The position numbers and the translations under genes are program-made. DNA of 64,000 nucleotides from Histomonas meleagridis 2922-C6/04-290x (lineage: Eukaryota; Protista; Parabasalia), in the NCBI GenBank assembly GCA_020184695.1, contig JAANOX010000030.1, positions 1 through 64,000 on the forward strand, in the 5' to 3' direction. Below the pieces are notes generated by a model. The model ran no database searches. It had not been told where the DNA came from and saw only the letters and a list, made by a program, of their open reading frames with translations. Numbering within the stretch: the first letter of the stretch is position 1; every line of letters starts with the position of its first letter. Shown in pieces: positions 1-10,235 of this stretch.

Positions 1-821
1 TATATATTAATACATTTAAGAAAAGACATGATGCAGTTATTGAAGAATTATGTGAAATGTTAAAAGCAAAACCTGGTAACAAACCAATTATTCACCTTGA
101 CTCAACTATTAAAAATGTTCAAAATGATAATAATCCATTTGAAGGCGAAAACAGGAGATGTAAACCTGATATCTGGTACTATAATAATCAGGATTACACT
201 TTAATCGAGGTAACAATTCCTTATGGAGATGTTGATGAGAATGACATTAATTCTTTAAATGAAAGATACGATCAGAAGAAAGATAAATATACAAGTTTAT
301 GTAAGGATATCAAAGAACAATCCTGTCTAGAAGTCAACTATTATGTTATAGTCATTTCATCATTAGGCGCTTGGTTAAACAAATCATCAGATGAATTGAG
401 AACTCTTGCAGAATCTAAAGATTTGTTTAAGAGATTCGCGAAAAGAATAACTGTAGCAACTTTAAGGGAATCACAACGACTAATTTATAATAATTCGGAT
501 AATAATAATGGAATTATATTGAATCAGAATTTGAAGAAGAAGAATCCGAATCCGAGAGCATAGCGAACACGGACCAGTCTCTTACATCCGAAGGGTCAGG
601 TGATGAAGTTCAAACAGATGAACTAAATGAGCTTTATGCAAATTTGGTGATTCTAAACTCAAGAGATCATTCTACTTCGGATGGTTCTCACTTAGAGAAT
701 GGCAACTCAGAGCATACGTCATCACCAGATGATGAATAACTTAATTTGAACTTAATCTTAATTTCTTTTAAAGATAATTATGAATGAATAAACCACACGG
801 GAGGAGATTTTTTTGATTTTT
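1..821 (+). mobile_element. 3' remnant of an RLE-type (R2/NeSL-like) non-LTR retroelement, copy 1: restriction-like endonuclease region plus acidic tail
   Basis: The frame open from the window start reads ..KKRHDAVIEEL..CKPDIWYY..LIEVTIPYG..KKDKY. These match the RHD, PD and IEV..K-x-x-KY motifs of RLE endonucleases. A frameshift near 530 leads into an acidic tail ending TAA at 737-739. The 5' part lies outside the window. Confidence 0.7.
783..821 (+). repeat. Conserved terminal motif after retroelement copy 1
   Basis: AATGAATAAACCACACGGGAGGAG at 783-806 is identical to 3080-3103. Both are followed by a T-run, GA and a second T-run. Confidence 0.9.
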
Positions 822-822
822 C

Positions 823-3120
823 ATGAATATTGATTTCTTTGATATAGTTTTTTCGGTTTCGAAAATTGCATCATCAGATAATTTCAAGATTGATGATGAT
901 CCCGCAGACATAGAACGACCACGTTACATTGAAAGCTCTTCCCCAGATGGTAAGGAAAGAGACTCAGAAATAGGAAATCGCGATGAACTTTTTTCGAAAT
1001 CAGATTTGATGCGACTCAACCCTTACAACAAGAGATCCTATTAGTACGAGATATTCACTATTCACCATACACTGAGACAGAAACTGATAGAACTCAACCC
1101 CCAGAAGTAGCGATCATTTCATCTGATCGCAGAATTATTCCACACCTTCCAATTATTGATCCACAAAACAGGTTTATTTTAGCAGGAAGAGGACAAATCC
1201 GTGTATTCCACGGTCAACTACAATTTGATCGAAATATTATACCAATTCCTACGACTCCAGAAAAAATTCTTGAAGGAAAACTTAACTTATATAATTTTAT
1301 TAACATTCCTGAATTACGTGAACGACCTTTTAGATTATGTGAAGATCATCCGAGAATAAAATTTATAGCTAAAGAAATCACTAATTTAGTTAATTATTAT
1401 ATTAAAGTTAAAGTATTTCTAAAAAATCGTACATTTAATCAAATTTTTAACCAGGCTCTCAATATAAATCAACAATATAATACTTTAGCTATAAATTCAT
1501 CACAACAACAACAAATTAATTTATTTAATCATGAAAATCATGAATCGAAAATAATTAACGCGATGACTCAAGGTCCTTTAGTTGATGATAATTTTAATAC
1601 TACTAAAAAAGTCAAAGTTACGAGTAACTTTATAGACGTATTAGATAAGAAGAGAAGATTATTTATCGAAAAATACAACTCTAAAAGATATTTTCCACTC
1701 ATATTGTTTGGAGGAAAGATTGTATGAATTTAAAGATATCGAAAAGAATAATTCACATGATAAAAATATTATCGATAACATCATGAATAATAATTTAGAG
1801 AAGAATACCGGAACATCAAACATTTTTTGCCGGGTTCTTCAAGTAATTGATAGAAATAATTATAAATTATGTCTTTACAATTGTTTAGAAGATGATGATG
1901 AAAATGCCTTACTCTTTAATGATATAAATGAAGAAAATGTCAATTCGGATAAAATTACCTTGGAAATTACTACGATTAATCTTAAATTAGTTCGTCTTCA
2001 ATCAGATTTCTTGAAAACTATCAATGATTATCATAAAGAAAAACATTATCATGACTTAATAAGTCTCCCACTTGAAGGTGACACATTAAAAACTCTGAAA
2101 AATAATAAATCATCTAATTATTTTTTGAATCAATTTATATCAAAAGCTGAAAATAATTTTATTAAATTTACAGCTCAAGCTAGAACTAACAGGTTTTTTA
2201 CAAAACAAAATGCTCGTTTGGCTGGTAGGGGTATTATATCAAATTGTCCATTAGGTGGTGCTGAAGATTCTCTTAGACACATGAGTTGAATGATTGTAAG
2301 AAATTATTACATATTTTTAATATTAGACATGATAAAGTTATTAGAGAAATAGTTGACATGTTAAAAACTAAACCAGGTTTGAGACCTACTATTTACATTG
2401 ATAATTCATTAAAAAAGAGAATAACATCCCAATTCAAAGTGAATTTAGTAATTTAAGACCGGATATTTGGTTCATTAAAAACGATCAATATTATATTATA
2501 GAAGTTACTTTTCCTTATGGTGACTTTAATGAGAATGATGTTAATTCTCTTGAAATTAGATATACAGGAAAAGTTGACAAATATAAAGATTTATGTAATG
2601 ATATTAGGAATCAAACAAATAAAGAAGTTAACTTTTATGCAATAGTAATTTCTTTTTTAGGTGTATGATTTAAGAAATCTTTAGAACATTTAGAAACTTT
2701 AGCAGGATCTAAAAGTCTCTTTAAAAGATTTGCTAAAAGAATAACTTTATCCACACTTAGAGAATCTCAAAAACTTATTACTAATGATCACAATATATTA
2801 ACACAAAATAATAGAGATAATAATGCTAACGAGAATAATAATATACAAGAAGTAGTAAGAGTGCCTGATAATAACATCATACATTCAGATGAAGAAACTG
2901 ATTCATCTGTTTTATCTGATCATGTAGAGATTGGCTCTAATGATCCTATCTTTTCAGTTCCTTCATCTGATGTCGAAATGATACATGAGCGCGGATGAGT
3001 CAAATGGCTCAAGTCAGGTTACATTAAAGTAGTAACTGGCTTAACTTTGTTTTAGTCAACACATAATTGTAAAATGATTAATGAATAAACCACACGGGAG
3101 GAGTTTTTTTGATTTTTTTT
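823..3120 (+). mobile_element. Decayed RLE-type retroelement remnant, copy 2 (linker, degenerate zinc knuckle and endonuclease; no recognisable RT core)
   Basis: Joining frames across shifts near 990, 1700, 2290 and 2420 gives ..FTAQARTNRFFT..CPLGG..H..C..RHDKV..LRPDIWF..IIEVTFPYGD..KVDKY... This is clearly paralogous to copy 1. An in-frame TGA at 2666-2668 falls where copy 1 has Trp. Confidence 0.65.
3080..3120 (+). repeat. Conserved terminal motif after retroelement copy 2
   Basis: Second copy of the 24-nt motif and the T-rich tail seen at 783-821. Confidence 0.9.
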
Positions 3121-3203
3121 TTTAAATTTCATTTTTATCTCATATTAAAGCAAAAATTTCTAAGCAAGTTATGCAAGTTAAATAATTGGCCAATATTTTT
3201 TTT

Positions 3204-4851
3204 TTATTTTATTCCAGTTATTTGCAATAATTTTACAATTTTAGGTGATCCTTTTTTGATAGCTTTAGAAAGCGCTGTTTTCAATTAATCAAGAAAACTC
3301 CATATTTTTAAAAATTACAGAAAACACATATAAAAAACATTACAAATATGAATGAAAAAGTTTTCTCATTTATATTAACTCCTTCTTGTTTAAGAAGAAT
3401 TTTGACTATTTCTATTTGTTGTGATTTGCATGCAAACATTAGTGCAGTACTTTAATTTCTATATAAATTCCAAATAATTATTAAAAACAGTTAATAGAAA
3501 ATATAAACATTGGCATAATTAAATAAACACTTTTCTCATTGATGTTTAATTCTTTTTTCTCAAGAAGTAATTTAACTGCTTCAATTTGACCTTTTTTACA
3601 AGCAAACATAAATGCTGTTTGAATAAATACATGAAAACACCAAATATTACAATAAAATAGAATATAAATTAAATGAATTTTAAAAAATTCATACAAATAG
3701 ATTTGGCATTAACATTAATTTCCTTCTGATTAAGAAGAATATTAATAACATTTATAATGTTAAAATAACATGCATACATAAGACATGTTAAAGAAAATTA
3801 AAATTGATTCCAAAAAATTATTTGAATTTTGAAGTCTTGGGAAAAAACATTGGATGTAATTTGATAACATCTGTTGCATTTATGTTAATTTCCTTATGAT
3901 TTAGCAGTATATGAATAATATCAATATACTCATTTTTACATGCATACATAAGGGCATTCCAATTATATTTAAGTTAATTCCAGAAAATATAATTTAACAT
4001 CAATTTTTTTAAACCAACTTTAAAAATTTAATATTTATCATTCTTTCATTGATATCTAAATTTTTTTGTGATGAAAGCATAGATACTATTTTACTTGCAC
4101 CTTTTTGACATGGATAAATTAGTGATGATATATTTGATAAAGAAAAAATCCATAAAAAAGAAAAAAACATCGAATTTAATAAACATATATTTTTCATATT
4201 CACATCTATTCTTTTATGTTCAACAAGTAATTTAACAATTTTTGGGAAATTATTATCACAAGCATACATAAGTGCTGTCAAAATTATTATATAAATACAC
4301 CAATATCAAAAGGATAACATAATTTTAGAGTATTAAATATTCAATAAGGTCATTAAATATTTTTCTTATTTATATCAAGATTTTCATTCTGAAGAAGTAA
4401 TTCTGTAGTTTTCCTATGACCATATTTACATGCGCACATGAGTGCCGTCCAAAATGGTGTAAATAAACTCCAAAATAAAAATTAAAACAAAAAATTATAT
4501 GATTTAACTAAATGAAAGATAAAAAAACACTGCTCATGTTAATATCGATTTGTTTTTGTTCAAGAAGCATTTTTACGATATCATAATTTCCATTTCCACA
4601 TGCACATATTAAAGCTGTCCAAATGACAATAAATAAACTCCAAAAATAAAGTTGAAACATAAAAATTGTTATTAAAATCACAGATTGAGCATTTATATCA
4701 ATTTCATTATGTTCAATTAGAATCTTAACAACATCAATTTGATTACTTTCACAAGCATATATAAGAGCTGTAAAAAATGTTTATAAAAAATTCCGAAAAT
4801 AGCTATAAAAATCCGAAAGTTTAAAACTAATATTAAATAATCCAAATTAAT
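3204..4851 (-). repeat. Ankyrin cassette array 1: ten ankyrin cores separated by stacks of 3-4 twenty-nt units
   Basis: Core first codons (Thr position) are at 4771, 4618, 4448, 4278, 4128, 3958, 3788, 3618, 3448 and 3278. Example cores: TALICACGNGNYDIVKMLLEQKQIDINMSS and TAFMFACKKGQIEAVKLLLEKKELNINEKS. The terminal core ends TAA at 3204. The period is mostly exactly 170 nt. Confidence 0.9.
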
Positions 4852-6012
4852 ATCTTTTTGATTAATATCAATTTGATCTTGTTCAAGAATATAATTAATA
4901 GTTTCCCCATTTTCAGAATGAATAGAATCAATCAACAAATTGTTGGTCAATTTTAATTCTTCTTGAAATTGTTTTACAAGGAATATATTACCTGTTTTTG
5001 CTGCTTCTTGAATTATATTTTCAGTAATTTTTAGTCCCTCTTTTTCCAAAAATCCAAAAATTTCAAAATTATTATGTTTAATACATTTTATTCCCAAATC
5101 TTCTAAACTTTTTATTTCACTAAGTTTTCTTTCATAAAGATAATGAAAGATTTTATTTTTATGAAATTTAATTGTTGTTTCATATGACTTTTGGAAGGAA
5201 GAATGGTTTTGTTCACACAAATGAATAATTTCAATATTACCATTAGCAACAGCATATTTCCCTGCGTTAGTTAAATCGGATCCATTTAACATTAAAAACT
5301 TAAAACAATTAATCGATCCAAAAAATGCAGCATAATCAATAAGTGAAACATTGCTATTGTTAACTAATGAATATCTTTCGTATAGAGCCGGATTAACTTT
5401 TTGATTAAAATCGAAATTTGTTTCTGATGATATTTTTTGAAGTTTTTCTATATCATCATATCGAATTATTTTTGTTATCTCTAAAGGATTAACTCCTTCA
5501 TGAATTAATTGTTTATGAAGTTTCCAATCATCTTTATTAAGTGCTTCAATATTCGCATAAAATTGCTTATCAATATCAGTGGGTATATCAACTCTATTTC
5601 TAATCATGCATTGCGAAAATTTTGATAAAAGTTTATTTTTTACTTGATCATAACAAATATATTTGTTTTCAATCATTTTTGAAATTAGATAATAATATTC
5701 TTGTGAACATAATGTAGAAATGAACTTATGAAAAACATGAAAAATATCGGAACAAATTTCTTTAGTTTTAATTTCAGATAAAAATTTAAATATTATATTA
5801 ATATCTTTTGTTCTAGAGATAAAAAATGAATAAAGAAGCCTACATATAATAAGATTGAATGAAAAAGGAAAGTTTTCATCAAATAAAAGAAGTATTGTTT
5901 TTGAAATTTGTTCAATGTTTTCTTCATTTAAACTCATTATATTACGTTCTAAGGTTTGAAGTTTCCCTAAATATTGGTTTGGATCAACTTGAATATTTTC
6001 ATTCTTTTTCAT
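4717..6012 (-). CDS. DUF3447-type ankyrin-repeat protein 1 (5' ORF; continues into cassette array 1)
   Basis: SLIDYAAFFGSINCFKFL..YAVANGNIEIIHLCEQ is typical of the expanded parabasalid ankyrin family. The first ATG is at 6012 (the track start at 6018 is GTG). Natural sequence ends ..IDINQKD near 4852 and then reads into the 20-nt units. Confidence 0.85.
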   Translation of the reverse strand: MKKNENIQVDPNQYLGKLQTLERNIMSLNEENIEQISKTILLLFDENFPFSFNLIICRLLYSFFISRTKDINIIFKFLSEIKTKEICSDIFHVFHKFISTLCSQEYYYLISKMIENKYICYDQVKNKLLSKFSQCMIRNRVDIPTDIDKQFYANIEALNKDDWKLHKQLIHEGVNPLEITKIIRYDDIEKLQKISSETNFDFNQKVNPALYERYSLVNNSNVSLIDYAAFFGSINCFKFLMLNGSDLTNAGKYAVANGNIEIIHLCEQNHSSFQKSYETTIKFHKNKIFHYLYERKLSEIKSLEDLGIKCIKHNNFEIFGFLEKEGLKITENIIQEAAKTGNIFLVKQFQEELKLTNNLLIDSIHSENGETINYILEQDQIDINQKDINLDYLILVLNFRIFIAIFGIFYKHFLQLLYMLVKVIKLMLLRF

Positions 6013-6208
6013 TAACACTTTTCCTATCGTACAATCATAAACTATTTAATTTACAATGGAAATTAAAACTAAAAATGAAGTTGAAAATGTTTGGAAAAAT
6101 GAAGTTGATAATGTTAATATTACAAACCAAATGGGAATCAAAGACACTTTTGCCAAAAATTTGTTTAAATTATTAAAAAAGGTGTTTATTGTGATCAATA
6201 ATGTAAGT

Positions 6209-6694
6209 TTACTGAACTTTAAGGGCGTTTGAAATTTTATCCCTGAAGTTTTTGATTTCTTGAATTATTCTTTTGATGCTTTCTTCGTCATTCTTAACGC
6301 AACGGGATACAGCACGATCACAAATAATGCAGCTTGTTTGTTCATCGATTTTTGCATCTATATAATTAGAAGCCATCAAATCAATTACCAGTGATTCGAG
6401 ATCAGCAACGTTATCGATTGATAGTTCTTTTTTGATCTTAGCAAATTGAATACAAGATTCTTTTGCGCCCAAAGATAATAAAGTGAGTTTCTTGAGTTTT
6501 CTTGCTGCCTCACTATTAGGTTCCAACTTAAGTTCTTTAGGGCATGAACTTTCAAAAGAAAGATAATCACTCCAAGTACCATAAGAAAATATAGAGAGAA
6601 GCTTATACTCAGGAGATCCCTCATTAAAGTCCTTGAGGTAAACGTCCAAAAACATTTCGTTTGGATCATTCAGGATCTTATTGACGTTGCTCAT
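6209..6694 (-). CDS. PCI-domain protein, COP9 signalosome subunit 7 / eIF3m-like
   Basis: LLSIFSYGTWSDY..KLKKLTLLSL..LESLVIDLM..IDAKIDEQ matches the CSN7-type PCI pattern. Confidence 0.7.
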   Translation of the reverse strand: MSNVNKILNDPNEMFLDVYLKDFNEGSPEYKLLSIFSYGTWSDYLSFESSCPKELKLEPNSEAARKLKKLTLLSLGAKESCIQFAKIKKELSIDNVADLESLVIDLMASNYIDAKIDEQTSCIICDRAVSRCVKNDEESIKRIIQEIKNFRDKISNALKVQ

Positions 6695-6742
6695 TGAGGA
6701 ATTTTGCCAGCGCGACCGTTTATTTTCTTTTTGCCAGTTCGA

Positions 6743-6750
6743 AAAGTGAC
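6743..6750 (+). promoter_or_regulatory. AAAGTGAC (trichomonad M2-like core promoter motif) upstream of the CSN7-like gene; also at 40612-40619 near the syntaxin start
   Basis: Exact 8-mer within about 60 nt of two minus-strand starts. Function is inferred only from similarity to the T. vaginalis motif. Confidence 0.35.
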
Positions 6751-6957
6751 ATTTTTCAACAAAAACAAGGATAAAGCACTCTTGCGTTAGCTTTGATACT
6801 TTCTAGTTGTTTTTTCAAAAAAGCCGAACAAAAATAAAAGGAGGAAATTCAGGCTTTTACTAACTTCCTAAAATAATTTTTCTGAAATTACTCATTTTTG
6901 GAATTGGTTTTACCTGGTACTTTACAGATGCAGGTTCTTTGCAAGGACTGCTGTATT

Positions 6958-7599
6958 CTATTGTTTCCGCGTTATTCGTGCAACTTTGAAGGAATACTCC
7001 AATCGATGGAAGAACTTTTCGAGGTACTGTTTTAGTGGCCTCGGATAAGTTTGATGGAAGAGGTGGAACAAAGTCGAATTTTTGTAAAGCGGGTTCAACT
7101 GTTCCCGCTTTCGAGGTTTCCCCAGATATGTTCTCATTTTTTGTTTGTTTTTTTGTTTGTTTTTTTGTTCATAAGCTTCCCAGTTCATTACGTACTTCCC
7201 TTGATAATCAGTTTGACAAAAATTTTTTAAACCAGAATACCAATGATTTTTAATTGAACTATCAGATCTTCCTGGAATTGACTTTGAAATAGATGACCAT
7301 TTAGTTCCAATTTCATTAACCATTGATATAATAAGTTCGTCTTCATCTTTTGTCCATGGTGAAAATGTATTTTCTGGAGATAAGTAATTTGTCCACCTGT
7401 CTTTGCACTGGCGTGGGGTTTTTCCTGAAATTTCCTTTGAAATCTCAAACCAATTGTTTGTTCCATATTTTGATACAAGATATGCAAGAAGTTCGTCATC
7501 TTCAAGTGAAAACACTCTCCTCCTACAACAGTTTACTTTATCTAAATGACATTTAGGAACGAAGTGGGAATGACCTGAAAAGTTCACCCCGTTGTTCAT
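6958..7599 (-). CDS. R2R3 Myb-like DNA-binding protein (probable frameshift near 7135-7165)
   Basis: FSLEDDELL..W..I..KTPRQCKDRWTNYL..WTKDEDELI..GTKW..I..GRS..IKNHW. The ATG at 7599 is preceded by TCATT. Confidence 0.9.
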   Translation of the reverse strand: MNNGVNFSGHSHFVPKCHLDKVNCCRRRVFSLEDDELLAYLVSKYGTNNWFEISKEISGKTPRQCKDRWTNYLSPENTFSPWTKDEDELIISMVNEIGTKWSSISKSIPGRSDSSIKNHWYSGLKNFCQTDYQGKYVMNWEAYEQKNKQKNKQKMRTYLGKPRKREQLNPLYKNSTLFHLFHQTYPRPLKQYLEKFFHRLEYSFKVARITRKQ

Positions 7600-8966
7600 T
7601 GTGTGTGACAAAGAATTGAATGACAACTGGCGGTTTTTAAAATGATGTTAAAAACTTATTCTAAAATATCTTGTTACTTGTTCATTTATTTTCATTTATA
7701 TTTTATACATATATTGTACACATTGTTTATCATATGATAATTGATTTGCTTCTTTGTTATATTTTTTAGAAATTGAAATATTTTAATACTTTCACAAATA
7801 CATATTTTTCTATGGAGTTTTCTTTTTTTGTAAGCGTAAAATTTGACAATTTTTTTGACACATGAGAGATCATGAACTCATTAATAATGCCATTGTCAAC
7901 AATTTATCTAAATATCGTGAGTCCTCTGCCCATAGATAAATAAACATACTATTTTGTAGATATTGGATTTAAACACAAGTCAAACGGAAAAAATCAAATT
8001 TGAATGAATTAAATCTAATATTTTGAAAAATTGAATTAATATTATTAATGTTTATAAACATTCAAAAAGTTGTTGACTTTGTTTGGGCGTTTGGAGTTAA
8101 CCGTATCTAATTTTTCTGACTTTTCAAACATTTGGATGAAATGAACTCAAATAACGTGTTTTAAACGTTCTTATATCATCTATTTACCACTTTTTTTGAG
8201 AGTTACTTTGTATTTGGCATGTTTTTTTTTTTAAATTAAGCTTTATAGGAAATTTATATGAAGATTATTCATTTCTCAAAATAAATATTTATATATCCAT
8301 ATCTAAGGAATCAAAATCATAAAAAGGGAGAAAAAATAATGATTTCAAAATTACAAATAAATGTGACTTTTTATGGAAACTTTTCTGCTTATTTTTTTGA
8401 ATGGCTTATGGAAAATATTTTTATATTTAATCCAAGAAATTCAAAAATATCATTAAATAATAATGAGATTTATCCATTATGATGATGATGTTCGTTTCTA
8501 TCTTTACATGTATTGGGATACTTTTATCAAGTTTCAATGTTATCTAAAATGTTAGCATGGCTTTCAGTTTATAAATTCAGTCTTGATAATAATACAATAA
8601 ATGTTTAATGATAACATAAATATCATACATAACAGAATCTTATTAAATGGTTATTAAAAATATTTTCTAATTTTATTTTAATATTTGAAATGTTATTTTA
8701 ATTTTTTTGGGTTAACTTGTGCACTCAATCATATGATTGTAAAATATTTTAAGTACTTTATTTAAAGTAAAACCAGGCTGCAAAACCACAATCAAACTGA
8801 ACCCTACTTATTGTAGAAAACAAAGTTCGATGTGCTTTCATCAAACAAAACTCTAACAAAAAATTTTTATTCACCGGTAAAATCGAATAAATTTAATCAA
8901 TGTTGATCAATATACAGATTGAATACTAAAAAATGTTTACTTAAAGCGCTGATACAAACATCCGTA

Positions 8967-10235
8967 TTAGAACGGAAACCCAAAACGCCGAATTGGCTTT
9001 GGAGAATATGTTCTTCCAATATATGGTATCGGTGAATCTTGAGGTGATACCTTGTCTGACATTGGATGTGACAATAGAGTTGAACCCTGCGGTATTTCTG
9101 GTGGGAGAAGTCTCTTTCTGGCAACCCTTGGATTATAGCTTGAACAATGTTCACTTGCTGTAATGAATCTTCTCGCGCTCATGTTTAGCTCCTCTGCGAT
9201 TTTAGAAAACATGAAATCACTTCCGCATCTGATCACTTCGATATTATTTATCTTTCGATTCTCCTCAAAATCTTGTGGCACAAGAGGGGGATCATTAGTG
9301 ATAAAGTCTGTGACAAAATCATCGGCATCTCTAATGAATGGATGCGCTAATACTTGATCAAGAGTATATCGTTTATGAGGATCTGGTTGTAACATTCCTC
9401 GGATTAAATCCTCTGGTACCTGGAATGATACTTTTGGTATAACTAAAGCCTTCTCTCTGATGTTTTCGACAATTTCATATAGATTTTCTCCCGTATATGG
9501 AAGTTTTTGGAAAAGCATTTGATAAAGTGTAACACCCAGAGCCCAAATGTCTTCTTTAACTTGTGGACATTGATCTTCAACTTGCGGAATTTCATCAATT
9601 TCATCATCAAATGTACCTAAAGCTTCTGGAGCTTGGAACGCAGGAGAGCCCATAACCATCGCAGCACTCTTGAAGCTATGACCAATTCCAAAGTCGCCTA
9701 ACATTGCTTTTCCAGATGAGTTCATCAAAACATTTGCAGGTTTAATATCTTGGTGAACATATCCTTTGGAATGCATGTATGAAAGAGCACTTGCAACTTG
9801 TTTCATAATGGATCTGATTGAATTAACTGTAAGTGCACCTTTCCTTAGTAAACTCAAAATTGATCCTTTGTCTGCATGTTCAAGAACTAAAAAAGCCACT
9901 TTGCGATCTTTTGAAATAAATACGTCATAAAGTTTAAGAATGTTTTTGTGTTCTAAATTCCTCATGAGATTAATTTCACGATCCAATTGGTTAACACCAT
10001 CTGGAGTTTTTATAAGTGTCTTTAGTTTGATCCTTTTAACCGCATATGTTTTCTGTGTTTCCCTGTCTATGGATAGATAGACTTTTGAAAAAGATCCACT
10101 TCCAATTTTTTTGACCAAAAGATAGTTCCCGACCTGGCAAATTGGTTTTTCTTGTAGTGGGATTGGTTCTGGTGTTGGAATGTGGGTAATGAATTTAATA
10201 TGCTGGATGTTCATGGACAAAATAACAACCGCCAT
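8967..10235 (-). CDS. CAMK-group Ser/Thr protein kinase, non-RD
   Basis: GSGSFSKV, AVK, HQDIKPAN, DFG, GSPAFQAPE and DIWALG kinase motifs. Confidence 0.92.
   Translation of the reverse strand: MAVVILSMNIQHIKFITHIPTPEPIPLQEKPICQVGNYLLVKKIGSGSFSKVYLSIDRETQKTYAVKRIKLKTLIKTPDGVNQLDREINLMRNLEHKNILKLYDVFISKDRKVAFLVLEHADKGSILSLLRKGALTVNSIRSIMKQVASALSYMHSKGYVHQDIKPANVLMNSSGKAMLGDFGIGHSFKSAAMVMGSPAFQAPEALGTFDDEIDEIPQVEDQCPQVKEDIWALGVTLYQMLFQKLPYTGENLYEIVENIREKALVIPKVSFQVPEDLIRGMLQPDPHKRYTLDQVLAHPFIRDADDFVTDFITNDPPLVPQDFEENRKINNIEVIRCGSDFMFSKIAEELNMSARRFITASEHCSSYNPRVARKRLLPPEIPQGSTLLSHPMSDKVSPQDSPIPYIGRTYSPKPIRRFGFPF

Noticed and set aside
2287-2668. TGA-as-Trp alternative genetic code in the retroelement
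   Set aside because: Only one TGA aligns to Trp (a single TGG->TGA change), the same element has several frameshifts, and TGA ends normal genes such as 18263-22621.
3615-3694. GTATG...ACAG could be read as a canonical intron in one ankyrin junction
   Set aside because: The AG comes from the Thr-Ala codons of the next core, splicing there would delete the conserved T-A, there is no ACTAAC branch motif, and most other junctions lack an AG at that position.
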